A stretch of DNA of 54,249 nucleotides from Alphaproteobacteria bacterium (GCA_026400795.1 JAPLOJ010000222.1:1-54249), one strand, 5' to 3'; positions 1 to 9,642 are shown, numbered from the stretch's first letter. Notes: generated from the sequence alone by a model not told the origin. Numbers and translations are program-made.

Positions 1-939
1 CTCATCCACCGTATTCACCGTGTAAGGCATGGTGGGGTTGGTGGAAGAAGGCAGCACGCCTGCCTCACCCACCAGGCGCAGGATATCCGGCGCATGGCCG
101 CCACCGGCACCTTCGGTATGGAAGGCCTGAATGGTGCGGCCGCGAATGGCCTTGATGGTTTCCTCAACAAAACCGCTTTCATTCAGCGTATCGGTATGGA
201 TGGCGATTTGGATATCCATCTCATCGGCAACAGAAAGGCAGTTATCAATCGCCTTGGGCGTGGTGCCCCAATCCTCATGCAGTTTCAGCCCGCAAGCACC
301 TGCTCTGATCTGTTCTTCAAGCCCCGCCGGCAGCGCGGCATTGCCTTTGCCGAGGAAGCCAAGGTTCATCGGGAAGCCTTCGGCGGCCTGCAACATACGC
401 TCCATATGCCAAGGCCCGGGCGTGCAGGTGGTGGCGAGTGTGCCATGCGCCGGGCCAGTGCCGCCGCCGAACATGGAGGTGATGCCGGACGCAAGCGCTT
501 CTTCGATCTGCTGCGGGCAGATGAAATGGATATGCACATCAAGCCCGCCCGCGGTCAGGATGCGCCCTTCACCCGCGATGATTTCCGTCCCCGGCCCAAT
601 GATGATGTCCACATTGGGCTGCGTGTCCGGATTGCCCGCCTTGCCGATCGCGGCAATCCGCCCGCCGCGCAAGCCGATATCCGCCTTCACCACGCCCCAA
701 TGATCCAGGATCAGCGCATTGGTGATCACGGTATCCATCGCGCCATTGGCGCGCGTCACTTGCGATTGGCCCATGCCATCGCGGATCACCTTGCCGCCGC
801 CGAATTTCACTTCCTCGCCATAGGTGGTCAGGTCGCGCTCAACTTCGATGAAGATTTCCGTGTCGGCCAGGCGCACGCGGTCGCCAACGGTTGGGCCATA
901 CATGCCGGCATAGGCGGCGCGAGAGATTTTCGTTGCCAT
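1..939 (-). CDS. ureC: Urease subunit alpha, 5' part (runs off the left edge)
   Basis: Not in the ORF track because it is truncated. Hand translation from ATG 939 gives [28 protein letters not shown], with the Ni-site motifs [17 protein letters not shown] and [13 protein letters not shown]; it follows ureB. Confidence 0.97.
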   Translation of the reverse strand, partial: MATKISRAAYAGMYGPTVGDRVRLADTEIFIEVERDLTTYGEEVKFGGGKVIRDGMGQSQVTRANGAMDTVITNALILDHWGVVKADIGLRGGRIAAIGKAGNPDTQPNVDIIIGPGTEIIAGEGRILTAGGLDVHIHFICPQQIEEALASGITSMFGGGTGPAHGTLATTCTPGPWHMERMLQAAEGFPMNLGFLGKGNAALPAGLEEQIRAGACGLKLHEDWGTTPKAIDNCLSVADEMDIQIAIHTDTLNESGFVEETIKAIRGRTIQAFHTEGAGGGHAPDILRLVGEAGVLPSSTNPTMPYTVNTVDE

Positions 940-942
940 GGG

Positions 943-1248
943 TCAGACCGCCCCTTCCGTTTCGCCGCGAAAGCCATGGATGATGCGCGCCCCTGAAAGC
1001 GGGATCAGGCGCACCTTGCGCGTCTGCCCCGGTTCAAAGCGCACTGCCGTGCCGGCCGCGATATCCAGCCGGCAGCCGCGCGCCTTGGCACGATCAAAAT
1101 CGAGCAGCGGATTGGTTTCCGCGAAATGATAATGGCTGCCCACCTGCACCGGGCGGTCGCCCTTATTGGCCACCGAGATTTCCACCGCATCGCGCCCGAC
1201 ATTCAGCGTGATCTCGCCAGGGGCAGTGATAATTTCACCGGGGATCAT
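943..1248 (-). CDS. ureB: Urease subunit beta
   Basis: MIPGEI...[19 protein letters not shown]...[15 protein letters not shown] signature. Confidence 0.97.
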   Translation of the reverse strand: MIPGEIITAPGEITLNVGRDAVEISVANKGDRPVQVGSHYHFAETNPLLDFDRAKARGCRLDIAAGTAVRFEPGQTRKVRLIPLSGARIIHGFRGETEGAV

Positions 1249-1727
1249 TTGCGGGCTCCCTTCTTCCGGGCGGTTTTTGCCTTGGGCTTAGGCTTCACGG
1301 GTTTCTTCGCAGCCTTGGCTTTTGGCTTGGCGGCGGCTTTCGGTTTGGCTTTTGCCTTTGGTGCGGCTTTCACCTTGGCCTTCGGGGCAGGCTTCGCGTT
1401 GGCGCTCGGCTTCTTAGCCACCGGCGCACGGATTGGCTGATGCACCGTCACCAGCTTGGTGCCATCCGGGAAGGTCGCTTCCACCTGGATTTCATGGAGC
1501 ATCTCCGCGATGCCTTCCATTACCTGATCGCGCGTCAGCACGGTTGCGCCATCGCGCATCAATTCAGCAACGCTGCGGCCATCGCGCGCACCCTCCACCA
1601 CGAAATCCGTGATCAGCGCCACGGATTCCGGGAAGTTCATTTTCAGGCCGCGTTCCAGGCGCCGTCGCGCCACGATCGCCGCCATGGAAATCATCAGCTT
1701 GTCTTTTTCGCGTGGAGTCAGGTTCAT
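1245..1727 (-). CDS. ureA: Urease subunit gamma with a C-terminal Lys/Ala/Pro-rich extension
   Basis: [11 protein letters not shown]...[17 protein letters not shown] core of about 100 aa plus a 60-aa basic tail; ATGA overlap with ureB. Confidence 0.96.
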   Translation of the reverse strand: MNLTPREKDKLMISMAAIVARRRLERGLKMNFPESVALITDFVVEGARDGRSVAELMRDGATVLTRDQVMEGIAEMLHEIQVEATFPDGTKLVTVHQPIRAPVAKKPSANAKPAPKAKVKAAPKAKAKPKAAAKPKAKAAKKPVKPKPKAKTARKKGARK

Positions 1728-1775
1728 GGCGTTGGGTTCCGCAATCGCTGTGCCATCATCATGGGATTTTCTGTT

Positions 1776-2606
1776 TCATGTCGTCCATAGGCGCGGCAGC
1801 CGCGCCGGCAGGCCAAGCGCCGGGCGCAGCCGGCAAATCGCCGCCCCCAACCCTTCGCGTACCGCAACGGCACCGCCGAGCCAGCGTGTGACCAAAAGCC
1901 CGGGCCGGACAAGGCTGGCCAATGCGCCAGCTTCGCGCAAAGCATTACGCAAATCGGGCTGCGCCAGGGGCCCAGCCAGCACCAGGCTGCCCAGCGCTTC
2001 GGCATTGGCGAAACCAAAGGGGTCGGCGAAATCCGCCGCGATATCCTCGCCAAGGCTCAGCCCTTCCGCCCAAAGCAGCTTGCTGCCGCGTTGGATGCGC
2101 CAGGAATCCTGCAAGGCGCCACGGCGCCAGGTCTCCCCCCGCGCGGCGCGACCAAAGACCAGTGCTTCGGCCATCAGCAAAGTCGCGTCCTCGGCGATGT
2201 CGGCATTCAGACGGCGTTCAAGCCGCGCCCCTTCAAACAGGATGGTTTCCTGCGGAATCCATTCGAAAACCGCGCCGGGGCCGGCTTCAAGCGTCACGGA
2301 AATCTCGGTAGCAGGGCCAAGGCTGCGATAGATTTTCTCAGCCGCCGGGGTGGAGAAACTGGCCCGCGCCCCGGCACCAAGGCTGAGTGCGATTTCCACT
2401 CTATCGCCGCCAGCCAGGCCGCCTGCGGTATTTACCAGCGCGCAGATGGGTGCCTCATCAGCCTCGGGGTCGGGAAACAGGGCGCGCATGGGGGGCGATT
2501 GATAAAGGCCGCCGAGTACCGTGCGCCCTTCATGCAGATGATAATCCAATTCCAACCGCCCGCGAGAGCGCTGATGGCTAGGCTGGGGCATGGCGGCGGC
2601 ATTCAT
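1776..2606 (-). CDS. ureD: Urease accessory protein UreD
   Basis: NTAGGLAGGD, STPAAEKIYRS, EWIPQETILF motifs and C-terminal LPRLW; lies upstream of ureA. Confidence 0.95.
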   Translation of the reverse strand: MNAAAMPQPSHQRSRGRLELDYHLHEGRTVLGGLYQSPPMRALFPDPEADEAPICALVNTAGGLAGGDRVEIALSLGAGARASFSTPAAEKIYRSLGPATEISVTLEAGPGAVFEWIPQETILFEGARLERRLNADIAEDATLLMAEALVFGRAARGETWRRGALQDSWRIQRGSKLLWAEGLSLGEDIAADFADPFGFANAEALGSLVLAGPLAQPDLRNALREAGALASLVRPGLLVTRWLGGAVAVREGLGAAICRLRPALGLPARLPRLWTT

Positions 2607-2633
2607 GGCGCGAGATTAAGCACGCCAGGCGCC

Positions 2634-2682
2634 TGCCACCAAATGGCGCGGCTGAGGGCAAATTCTGCGCAAAATACAGGCA
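2634..2682. promoter_or_regulatory. Two putative NtrC-type boxes between ureD and allA
   Basis: TGCCACCAAATGGCGCG (2634-2650) and TGCGCAAAATACAGGCA (2666-2682) resemble TGCAC-N7-GTGCA and are 32 bp apart. Confidence 0.45.
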
Positions 2683-2749
2683 GTAAAACAGGCTGGACAG
2701 GCGCGCGCGGCGCGGCTTTGGTGGCGGGGATCAAACCGAAAGCCATCCC

Positions 2750-3223
2750 ATGCGCCGCATCACCACCGAACCCCTCACCGCCGAAGCCTTCGCCCCCTTT
2801 GGGGAGGTGCTGGAAAGCCCAGCCTCGCCGGGCCGCGCCTACATAGACAAGGCGCTGGAAAACCGCCGTGGCGGGGCGGCGCCCAGCCTTTCCTTCACGC
2901 GCGCCTTGCCGAAATCGGTACCTTTCGCGTCCACCACCATGGAAAGGCATGAGTTTTCCTCGCAATCCTTCATCCCCATGGAAGCGGGGCGCTGGCTGGT
3001 GCTGGTGGCGCCGCATGGGGCGGATGGCTTGCCAGATATGGCAAAGGCGCGCGCCTTTCTGGCGCGGCCTGATCAGGGGGTCACTTACGGTGCCAATGTC
3101 TGGCACCACCCTTCAACTGTCTTTGACCGCGAAGCGCGCTTCGCCGTTTTCATGTGGAAGGATGGCAGCAGCGCCGATGATGAATTTGTTGAGGTGCAGC
3201 CTTTTGAACTGCACCTCGGCTGA
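2750..3223 (+). CDS. allA: Ureidoglycolate lyase family protein
   Basis: EPLTAEAFAPFG, MERHEFSSQSFIP and GVTYGANVWHHP motifs. Confidence 0.88.
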   Translation: MRRITTEPLTAEAFAPFGEVLESPASPGRAYIDKALENRRGGAAPSLSFTRALPKSVPFASTTMERHEFSSQSFIPMEAGRWLVLVAPHGADGLPDMAKARAFLARPDQGVTYGANVWHHPSTVFDREARFAVFMWKDGSSADDEFVEVQPFELHLG

Positions 3224-3231
3224 AGCCTGGT

Positions 3232-4233
3232 TCAGGCGTCTTGCGTCTTCTGGTCGCGGGTTTTCCAGAGTGAGACGAAAATCCCGCCCGCAATGATAGC
3301 CGCCGTAACGCCAAGCGAAATGGCGGGGTCAAGCTTGCCGACCATCTGGTTCCAGAAGATCTTGCCGCCGATGAAAACCAGCACCAGCGCCAGCGCATAT
3401 TTCAGGTAGTGGAAGCGATGCACCATGGCGGCGAGTGCGAAGTACAGCGCGCGCAGCCCCAGGATGGCCATGATATTCGCGGTATAGACAATGAAAGTGT
3501 CGGTCGTGATGGCGAAGATCGCCGGCACGCTATCCACCGCGAAAATCAAATCGGCGATATTGATCACCACCAGCGCCAGGAAAAGCGGCGTGGCGAAGGC
3601 CAACTTCTTGCCCGTGGCCGGATCCATCTGGCGGACGAAGAATTTCTGGCCATGGAGTTCATCCGTCACGCGCATGTGCTTGCGCATGAAGCGCACGATG
3701 GGGTTTTTGGAAATATCCTGCTCCCCTTCCGGCACCACCAGCATCTTGATGCCGGTCGCGATCAGGAAGGCGCCGAAGATATAGAGTACCCAGTTATATT
3801 CCTGCACCAGCGCAGCACCCGCCGCGATCATGATGCCGCGCAGCACGATAACGCCAATAATGCCCCAGACCAGCGCGCGATATTGATAGCGGCGCGGGAT
3901 CGCAAAATAGCCAAAGATCAGGCTGATCACAAAAACGTTATCTATTGACAACGCTTTTTCGATGAAAAAGCCGGTAAAGAAGGCTATGCCCGCATGGGTG
4001 CCATCTGATGTGGTTATTTGGCCATTTTCATAGGCCCACCAGATGCCCGCACCATAAAGCGTGGCGAAGGCGATATAAAAGGCCGAAAGCCAAAGGCTTT
4101 GCGCCACGCCCATTTCCTTATCCTTGCGATTCAGGACGCCAAGGTCAAAGGCGAGCAGCACCAGCACAATCAGCAGAAAGCCCTTCCACATCCAGAAGGG
4201 CTTGCCCATCCACTCAGATAACAGGAAATCCAT
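3232..4233 (-). CDS. terC: TerC/Alx family membrane protein
   Basis: EKALSIDNVFV, DLIFAVDSVPAIFAIT and ILGLRALYF motifs. ATG 4233 follows AGGAGATGAGG; the ORF track uses TTG 4239. Confidence 0.93.
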   Translation of the reverse strand: MDFLLSEWMGKPFWMWKGFLLIVLVLLAFDLGVLNRKDKEMGVAQSLWLSAFYIAFATLYGAGIWWAYENGQITTSDGTHAGIAFFTGFFIEKALSIDNVFVISLIFGYFAIPRRYQYRALVWGIIGVIVLRGIMIAAGAALVQEYNWVLYIFGAFLIATGIKMLVVPEGEQDISKNPIVRFMRKHMRVTDELHGQKFFVRQMDPATGKKLAFATPLFLALVVINIADLIFAVDSVPAIFAITTDTFIVYTANIMAILGLRALYFALAAMVHRFHYLKYALALVLVFIGGKIFWNQMVGKLDPAISLGVTAAIIAGGIFVSLWKTRDQKTQDA

Positions 4234-4298
4234 CCCCAAACCTCATCTCCTATGGCGCGGAACAGCCACAGGGGGCCGGGACCGCGCATGGTTGCACG

Positions 4299-4355
4299 AT
4301 CCGACATCACGGAGGGTCGCTGAAAACTGCGATCCCCCGTCAGAGGGGCCCGGAT
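4299..4355 (-). ncRNA. Structured cis-regulatory leader, candidate terC RNA motif
   Basis: Minus strand: ATCCGG/TCGGAT closing stem, GCCCCTCTG/GATG internal loop and an ACGGGGGATCGC-AGTTTTCA-GCGACCCTCCGT hairpin, about 65 nt upstream of the terC start. Family assignment is from memory, not from a covariance-model search. Confidence 0.6.
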
Positions 4356-4527
4356 GGAAGAGAGATTGTAAAAGCCGGAATGGTTTTCAACCCCCATTGC
4401 GGCAAGCCCCGCGAGAAACCATTTAGGGGTTTGCGCGGTGACCCCCTTGGCTATTAGGTTGCCGTCATGTCATAGGGTCCGAAGAACCGCTCCGGCGGGT
4501 CTTCCAACTGGGAATTGAGGCGTCGCA

Positions 4528-4800
4528 ATGGGTTCCTTCAGCATCTGGCATTGGCTTGTGGTTCTTCTGGTCGTTCTGCTGCTTTTCGGCAGCGGCAAGA
4601 TCAGCGGGCTGATGGGCGATCTGGCCAAGGGCATCAAGTCCTTCAAGCAAAATATCAAGGAAGATCAGGCGGATGCCTCCATGGAGGCGCAGGCCCAGGG
4701 CCAGTCCCAGCCGGCCGGCAGCATCCAGGGCCCCGCCGCGGCGTCTTCCACCGCGCAGGCCGCTTCTGCGCAAACCACGCCGCCCCGCCCGGGCGCCTGA
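4528..4800 (+). CDS. tatA: Twin-arginine translocase TatA/E subunit
   Basis: [40 protein letters not shown]; GAGG RBS upstream. Confidence 0.95.
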   Translation: MGSFSIWHWLVVLLVVLLLFGSGKISGLMGDLAKGIKSFKQNIKEDQADASMEAQAQGQSQPAGSIQGPAAASSTAQAASAQTTPPRPGA

Positions 4801-4947
4801 CCTTGCCACCCCTATTGGGGGGGTGGGCGCATATTCGCCCCCGGCCTTGGCAGCAATGTCACGGGCTTGGGGCTTAGTTGACTATTCAGGCAGCCGGGCC
4901 AGGGTTAGAAAACATCTGCCGCTTTCACCGCGTGGAGGGCCCGCGCC

Positions 4948-5988
4948 ATGCTATCAACCTGGACTGTTGAAGATGGCCGCTGCCGCCTACGCGAAGGCGC
5001 CATTTCGGACATCACCGCCGCCCTGCCTGAATCCGTGCGCGAATCCGCGGCCGAGGTTGCCTTGGCCGAAAATCTGCGCCGCGCAGTCTGGATCGACCTG
5101 CTAAACCCAACGCCGGCGGAAGAACGCGCGGTACAGGATGCCCTTTCGCTCGAAATACCAACGCGGGAGGAAATGCAGGAAATCGAAAGTTCATCCCGTC
5201 TTTATCGTGAAGATGATGCCCTGTTCCTGACGGCCAATTTTCTCTACGGCGTTGATTCCGGCGATTACGGTTCCACCCCGATCAGCTTTGTCCTGACCAA
5301 TAGCACGCTGGTGACAGTGCGCTACGCAACACCGCGCGCCTTCACGGTATTTGGCGCGCGCGCGCAACGCCATCCGACCCTACTGCAATCGCCCGATGCG
5401 GTGATGCTCCATTTGTTTGAACAGGTGGTGGATCGCCTGGCCGATATTCTGGAAAAAGTCGGCGCGGATATGGATAAGGCAAGCCAATCCACCTTCCGCA
5501 CCTCCCAGGCGGATTTCAAGATGCATCGGCGCAATGACAAGCTGAAGGATGCGCTGTTCACCTTGGGTCAGGTTGGGGAAGTGACCACCCGCGCATCCGA
5601 AACCCTGCTTGGCCTGTCACGCATTCTGACTTTTGTGGGTGCCGAGAAAGCAACGGCCGTACGCAAGGAAAACCAAGCGGTGATCAAAACGCTGGTGCGC
5701 GATGTGCGATCCCTGGTGGAACATGCAAGCTTCCTCAATTCCAAGGCGCAATTCCTGCTGGATGCGGTGCTCGGCGTTTTGAATGTGGAACAGAACGCCA
5801 TCATCAAGACTTTCACGGTCGCATCCGTGGCGCTCATGCCGCCCACGCTGATTGCCAGTATTTACGGGATGAATTTTGAATTCATGCCAGAACTGAAGCT
5901 GGCCTTTGGCTATCCCTTGGCGCTTGTGCTGATGATCGTTTCCGCCATTCTGCCCATTCTCTATTTCCGGCGGAAAGGCTGGCTCTAA
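4948..5988 (+). CDS. corA: CorA family Mg2+/Co2+ transporter
   Basis: YGMNFEFMPEL signature, EIESSSRLY motif, two C-terminal TM helices. Confidence 0.94.
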   Translation: MLSTWTVEDGRCRLREGAISDITAALPESVRESAAEVALAENLRRAVWIDLLNPTPAEERAVQDALSLEIPTREEMQEIESSSRLYREDDALFLTANFLYGVDSGDYGSTPISFVLTNSTLVTVRYATPRAFTVFGARAQRHPTLLQSPDAVMLHLFEQVVDRLADILEKVGADMDKASQSTFRTSQADFKMHRRNDKLKDALFTLGQVGEVTTRASETLLGLSRILTFVGAEKATAVRKENQAVIKTLVRDVRSLVEHASFLNSKAQFLLDAVLGVLNVEQNAIIKTFTVASVALMPPTLIASIYGMNFEFMPELKLAFGYPLALVLMIVSAILPILYFRRKGWL

Positions 5989-6004
5989 CAAAAGAGGATT
6001 TCCG

Positions 6005-6976
6005 ATGTCGCAAGCAACACGTATCCCTGCTTCTGTCGCCACCTGCCGCTGGGGCGGGTTTGATGCTTCCTTCGCCCCAGTCGCGAGCATTGCCTCGGGT
6101 GAGACAGTCATTCTGGAATGCGTCTCGGGCGGGCCGGAAGTGATGCCGGGGCCGGAAAAGGGCCTGCCGTTGCATCCCGCGATTTCAGAAATTCACGCCA
6201 AGCTGCCCCGCCTTGGCGCGCATATCATCACCGGCCCGGTTGAAGTGCGTGGTGCGGAGCCAGGCGATGCGCTGCGCGTGGATATTGAGAAAATCGAACT
6301 CGGCGCGGATTGGGGCTTTTGCGGCTTCCGCCCACTTTTCGGCACACTGCCGGAAGATTTCCCCTATCGCCGCACGCTGCATATTCCGGTGAATAAGCAG
6401 GCCATGACCTGCCGCCTGCCCTTCGGGCCGCAGGATGGTGGGCTTGATCTGCCTCTCGCCCCCTTCTTTGGCGTGATGGGCGTGGCGCCGCCGCCCGATT
6501 GGGGCATGGTGAACACCAAGGAACCGCGCGCCATTGGCGGCAATCTGGACAATAAGGAATTGACCGAAGGGACCACGCTGTTCCTGCCCATTTTCAACAA
6601 GGGCGCGCTGTTTTCCGCCGGCGATGGCCATGGCGTGCAGGGCGATGGGGAAGTCTGCATCAATGCGCTCGAAATCTGCCTGACCGGCCATTTCAAGCTT
6701 TCCGTAGTGAAGGGCGGCGGCGCCAAGGACCCGGTGCTGAAATTCCCCCGCGCCGAGACCAAGACCCATTTCATCACCATGGGAATGAATGAGGATTTGG
6801 ACTTGGCGATGAAGCAGGCGCTGCGCGAAATGATCGCCTTCATCTGTTCGCGCACCAATCTTTCTGATGCCGATGCCTATCAATTCTGTTCGCTTGCGGT
6901 GGATTTCCGCGTGACGCAGACGGTGAATGGCGAAAAGGGCGTGCATGGCATGCTGAAAAAGGGGCTATTGTTCTGA
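6005..6976 (+). CDS. Acetamidase/formamidase family protein
   Basis: HIITGPV, GGNLDNKEL and GDGHGVQGDGEVC motifs. Confidence 0.9.
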   Translation: MSQATRIPASVATCRWGGFDASFAPVASIASGETVILECVSGGPEVMPGPEKGLPLHPAISEIHAKLPRLGAHIITGPVEVRGAEPGDALRVDIEKIELGADWGFCGFRPLFGTLPEDFPYRRTLHIPVNKQAMTCRLPFGPQDGGLDLPLAPFFGVMGVAPPPDWGMVNTKEPRAIGGNLDNKELTEGTTLFLPIFNKGALFSAGDGHGVQGDGEVCINALEICLTGHFKLSVVKGGGAKDPVLKFPRAETKTHFITMGMNEDLDLAMKQALREMIAFICSRTNLSDADAYQFCSLAVDFRVTQTVNGEKGVHGMLKKGLLF

Positions 6977-7020
6977 TGGTCGCGCTTGCCGCGGCCCTGA
7001 TTGATGGTTAGCTGTTGATT

Positions 7021-8100
7021 ATGACCTCCCACGCATCAGATCGCATTCCGCTTTTCTTTATCCTCGCCCCCCTGGCCGGCATTGCAGCATGGCTTGGTCT
7101 TGGCAAGGTCGGGCTGGAGCTTTTGGCCATTCCCGTTCTGGCCGCACTGCTCTGTAATGTGGTGGCGGCGGTACATCACGCTGAAGTGGTGGCCTTGCGC
7201 GTTGGTGAGCCTTTTGGTGGTTTGATCCTCGCGCTAGCGGTCACTGTGATTGAAGCCGGGCTGATCATTTCCCTGATGCTGAGTGCGGATGGCAATCCCA
7301 CTTTGATGCGCGATACCTTGTTGGCGACTGTTATGCTGGTGCTGCACGGCATTGCGGGGTGTGCCATTCTGGTCGGCGGCATTGTGCATCGGGAAAATCA
7401 ATTCCGCGTTGCGGGCGCCAATGCATTGCTGGCCGTTCTGATGCCCATGGCGGTGCTGGTGCTGATCGTGCCCAATCACGTGACTTCAGCGCCCGGCCCT
7501 TATTATAGCGCCAGCCAATTGGCTTTTGTTTCGGTGGTTTGTCTGGGGCTTTATGCCGCCTTCCTCTTCATCCAAACCAATTGGCACCGAGACTACTTCC
7601 TGCCGGAAGAAAGCCCGGGTGGTGAAGGCCATACGCAGCCAAGCGTGCGGATGGCGCTAATTTCCTTTTTGTTGCTGTGCGTGGCGCTGTTTTCGGTTGT
7701 GATGCTGGCGAAAAGCCTGGCCCCGGCCCTGGAAGGAGGAGTCGCGGCGCTCGGCGCTCCGGCGGCGCTGGTGGGGGTGATTGTGGCCGCCATTGTGCTG
7801 ATGCCCGAATCAGGCGCAGCGCTCCGTTCCGCCGCGCATAACCGCATGCAGCCGGCCATCAACCTGGCGCTTGGCAGCGGCGTAGCCTCGATCGGGCTCA
7901 CCGTACCGACGGTGGCTCTCGTTGCTTGGTGGAAGGGCATGCCTCTGGCGCTTGGCATTTCAGCCGGCCATTCGGTGCTGCTGGCGCTGGGCTTTGCGGT
8001 CGCTATACTGACTTATGGCACCGGGCGGACCAATATTCTGTCAGGCATTGTGCATCTGGTATTGGCCGCTACCTTTGTGTTTACGGTTTTCGCGCCGTAA
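7021..8100 (+). CDS. chaA: Ca2+/H+ antiporter (CaCA/ChaA family)
   Basis: HHAEVVALRVGEPFGGLILALAVTVIE and LMPE...NRMQPAINLALGS alpha repeats. Confidence 0.85.
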   Translation: MTSHASDRIPLFFILAPLAGIAAWLGLGKVGLELLAIPVLAALLCNVVAAVHHAEVVALRVGEPFGGLILALAVTVIEAGLIISLMLSADGNPTLMRDTLLATVMLVLHGIAGCAILVGGIVHRENQFRVAGANALLAVLMPMAVLVLIVPNHVTSAPGPYYSASQLAFVSVVCLGLYAAFLFIQTNWHRDYFLPEESPGGEGHTQPSVRMALISFLLLCVALFSVVMLAKSLAPALEGGVAALGAPAALVGVIVAAIVLMPESGAALRSAAHNRMQPAINLALGSGVASIGLTVPTVALVAWWKGMPLALGISAGHSVLLALGFAVAILTYGTGRTNILSGIVHLVLAATFVFTVFAP

Positions 8101-8110
8101 TCCGCTCCGG

Positions 8111-9634
8111 CTATCTCAAGCGCCAAATTTCAACCGGGCCGCGTTCCTCTGGCACGGTCGCGACCAGTTCGTATTGCTCCTCCAAAGCCGCTTCGATAAG
8201 GATTGCGGCGCGGCGGCGCACATTGGGCCACCAGCCGCGATCAATCACCAGCACGCGCGGATGGCTTTCCAGAATGCGCGTAATTTCCGCGTAGGAATCG
8301 ATCCCCGTCACGCGATAGTAAGGCCCCGCCAGATGCGCCGGAAAGGCAAAGCGCGTGGGCACCGCAGCATCGGCCAGCACATAAATCACCGGGTGGTAAT
8401 TCACGACCCAGATCGGGTCATTCGGGTCTATTTCCGCGCGCACGGCAGCGGCGGTGCGTCGCACGGGATCAGGCGCGCCAAGGCCAATGCCGCGATCAAG
8501 CCTGGGCAGGGCGGCCACGCGCCAGGCATCCAAAGCCACCGCGCCGATCAACAATTGAAAGCCAACCACCACCATCCCTGCCCGTAGGTAGCGTGCCAAT
8601 TGCCGCGCGCCGAGTGCGGCCAGAACGGAAAGCGGCAAAAGCCAGATCAGGAAGTAATGCTGATAGAATTGCCCCGGCAGCACCACGGCGAAACTCGCTG
8701 CCGCGAACCAGAGCATGCCGAATTGCCTGAGCCGCGAAAGTGGCCCTTGGCGATTGCGCGGGCGGATCAAGGCGGGCAGCGTCAGCAGAAAGGCCCATAG
8801 CAGCAACAAGGCCGCCACCAGCGCAAAGCGGAAGGAATCCGCAGCACTCAGCCGCGTGCCAGCATAACGCAAAGGCGCCAGGAATGCCCCTTCCAACAAG
8901 TAATGAAACTCACCGCGCAGCGCATAAGCGGCGCCGAAAAGAAGGGTGGGCGCGGCACAGATCGCGGCATAGGCCGCCGCCATGGCAGCCAGGCGCGGCA
9001 GGCTGATCAGCCCAAGCCGAAGCGCGGGCAGTACCAATATCAACCAGGCCAGCGCGCCTTCAAAAAACGTGACGGGCTTTAGCGTAAGCGCAAAGCCAAT
9101 CAGCACCCCCATAATCGCCAAATCGCGCCAGCGCGGCGCTTTGCTTCGTTCCAGCGCATCCACCGCGCCGCGCAGGCCAAGCGCCATGGCCCAGCCCACC
9201 AGCGGCGCGAAAAGAATTTCTGTATTGGTGGCAAGCCCGCCCAACAGCCCGCTATGCGCAGTATACAGCACGCCAGCCGCGAGCCCCAAGGCAGGCGATC
9301 CTCCGGCATAGCGCACCGCATGAAAAAGCGCCGAAGCGGTCGCCGCGACACAAACAGCACCAAGGGCGCGCAGCACCCAAATGCCATCACCGAAAATTGC
9401 CATGAACACGGCGAAGATCGCGGGCGCGCCCACCGGGTGCATGTCCCAAACGGCGGTAATCGGCCAGCGCCCCTCCAGCCATTCCCGCGCCTGGAGCATG
9501 TATAGTCCCTCGTCCGTATCAATCACGGCGGCGACGAAGGAAAAACTCCGCATTAAAAGCGCGAGCGCCAGAAAGAATAACGGCAACAGCGCGGGGTGGC
9601 GCCAGCGCCGGTCAATGAAGTCCGCCTGCAACAT
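8111..9634 (-). CDS. GT-C fold membrane glycosyltransferase (ArnT/GT39-like)
   Basis: IDTDEGLY acidic motif after the first TM helix, about 12 TM segments and a C-terminal soluble domain. The alternative start at 9670 overlaps the amidase. Confidence 0.78.
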   Translation of the reverse strand: MLQADFIDRRWRHPALLPLFFLALALLMRSFSFVAAVIDTDEGLYMLQAREWLEGRWPITAVWDMHPVGAPAIFAVFMAIFGDGIWVLRALGAVCVAATASALFHAVRYAGGSPALGLAAGVLYTAHSGLLGGLATNTEILFAPLVGWAMALGLRGAVDALERSKAPRWRDLAIMGVLIGFALTLKPVTFFEGALAWLILVLPALRLGLISLPRLAAMAAAYAAICAAPTLLFGAAYALRGEFHYLLEGAFLAPLRYAGTRLSAADSFRFALVAALLLLWAFLLTLPALIRPRNRQGPLSRLRQFGMLWFAAASFAVVLPGQFYQHYFLIWLLPLSVLAALGARQLARYLRAGMVVVGFQLLIGAVALDAWRVAALPRLDRGIGLGAPDPVRRTAAAVRAEIDPNDPIWVVNYHPVIYVLADAAVPTRFAFPAHLAGPYYRVTGIDSYAEITRILESHPRVLVIDRGWWPNVRRRAAILIEAALEEQYELVATVPEERGPVEIWRLR

Positions 9635-9642
9635 GCGTGGGA

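Noticed and set aside
94-996. 300-aa plus-strand ORF
   Set aside because: It is the antisense shadow of ureC; the minus frame carries the urease motifs.
4240-4360. yybP-ykoY Mn2+ riboswitch
   Set aside because: I could not find its GGGGAGUAGC-type 5' signature or four-way junction; the fold is different.
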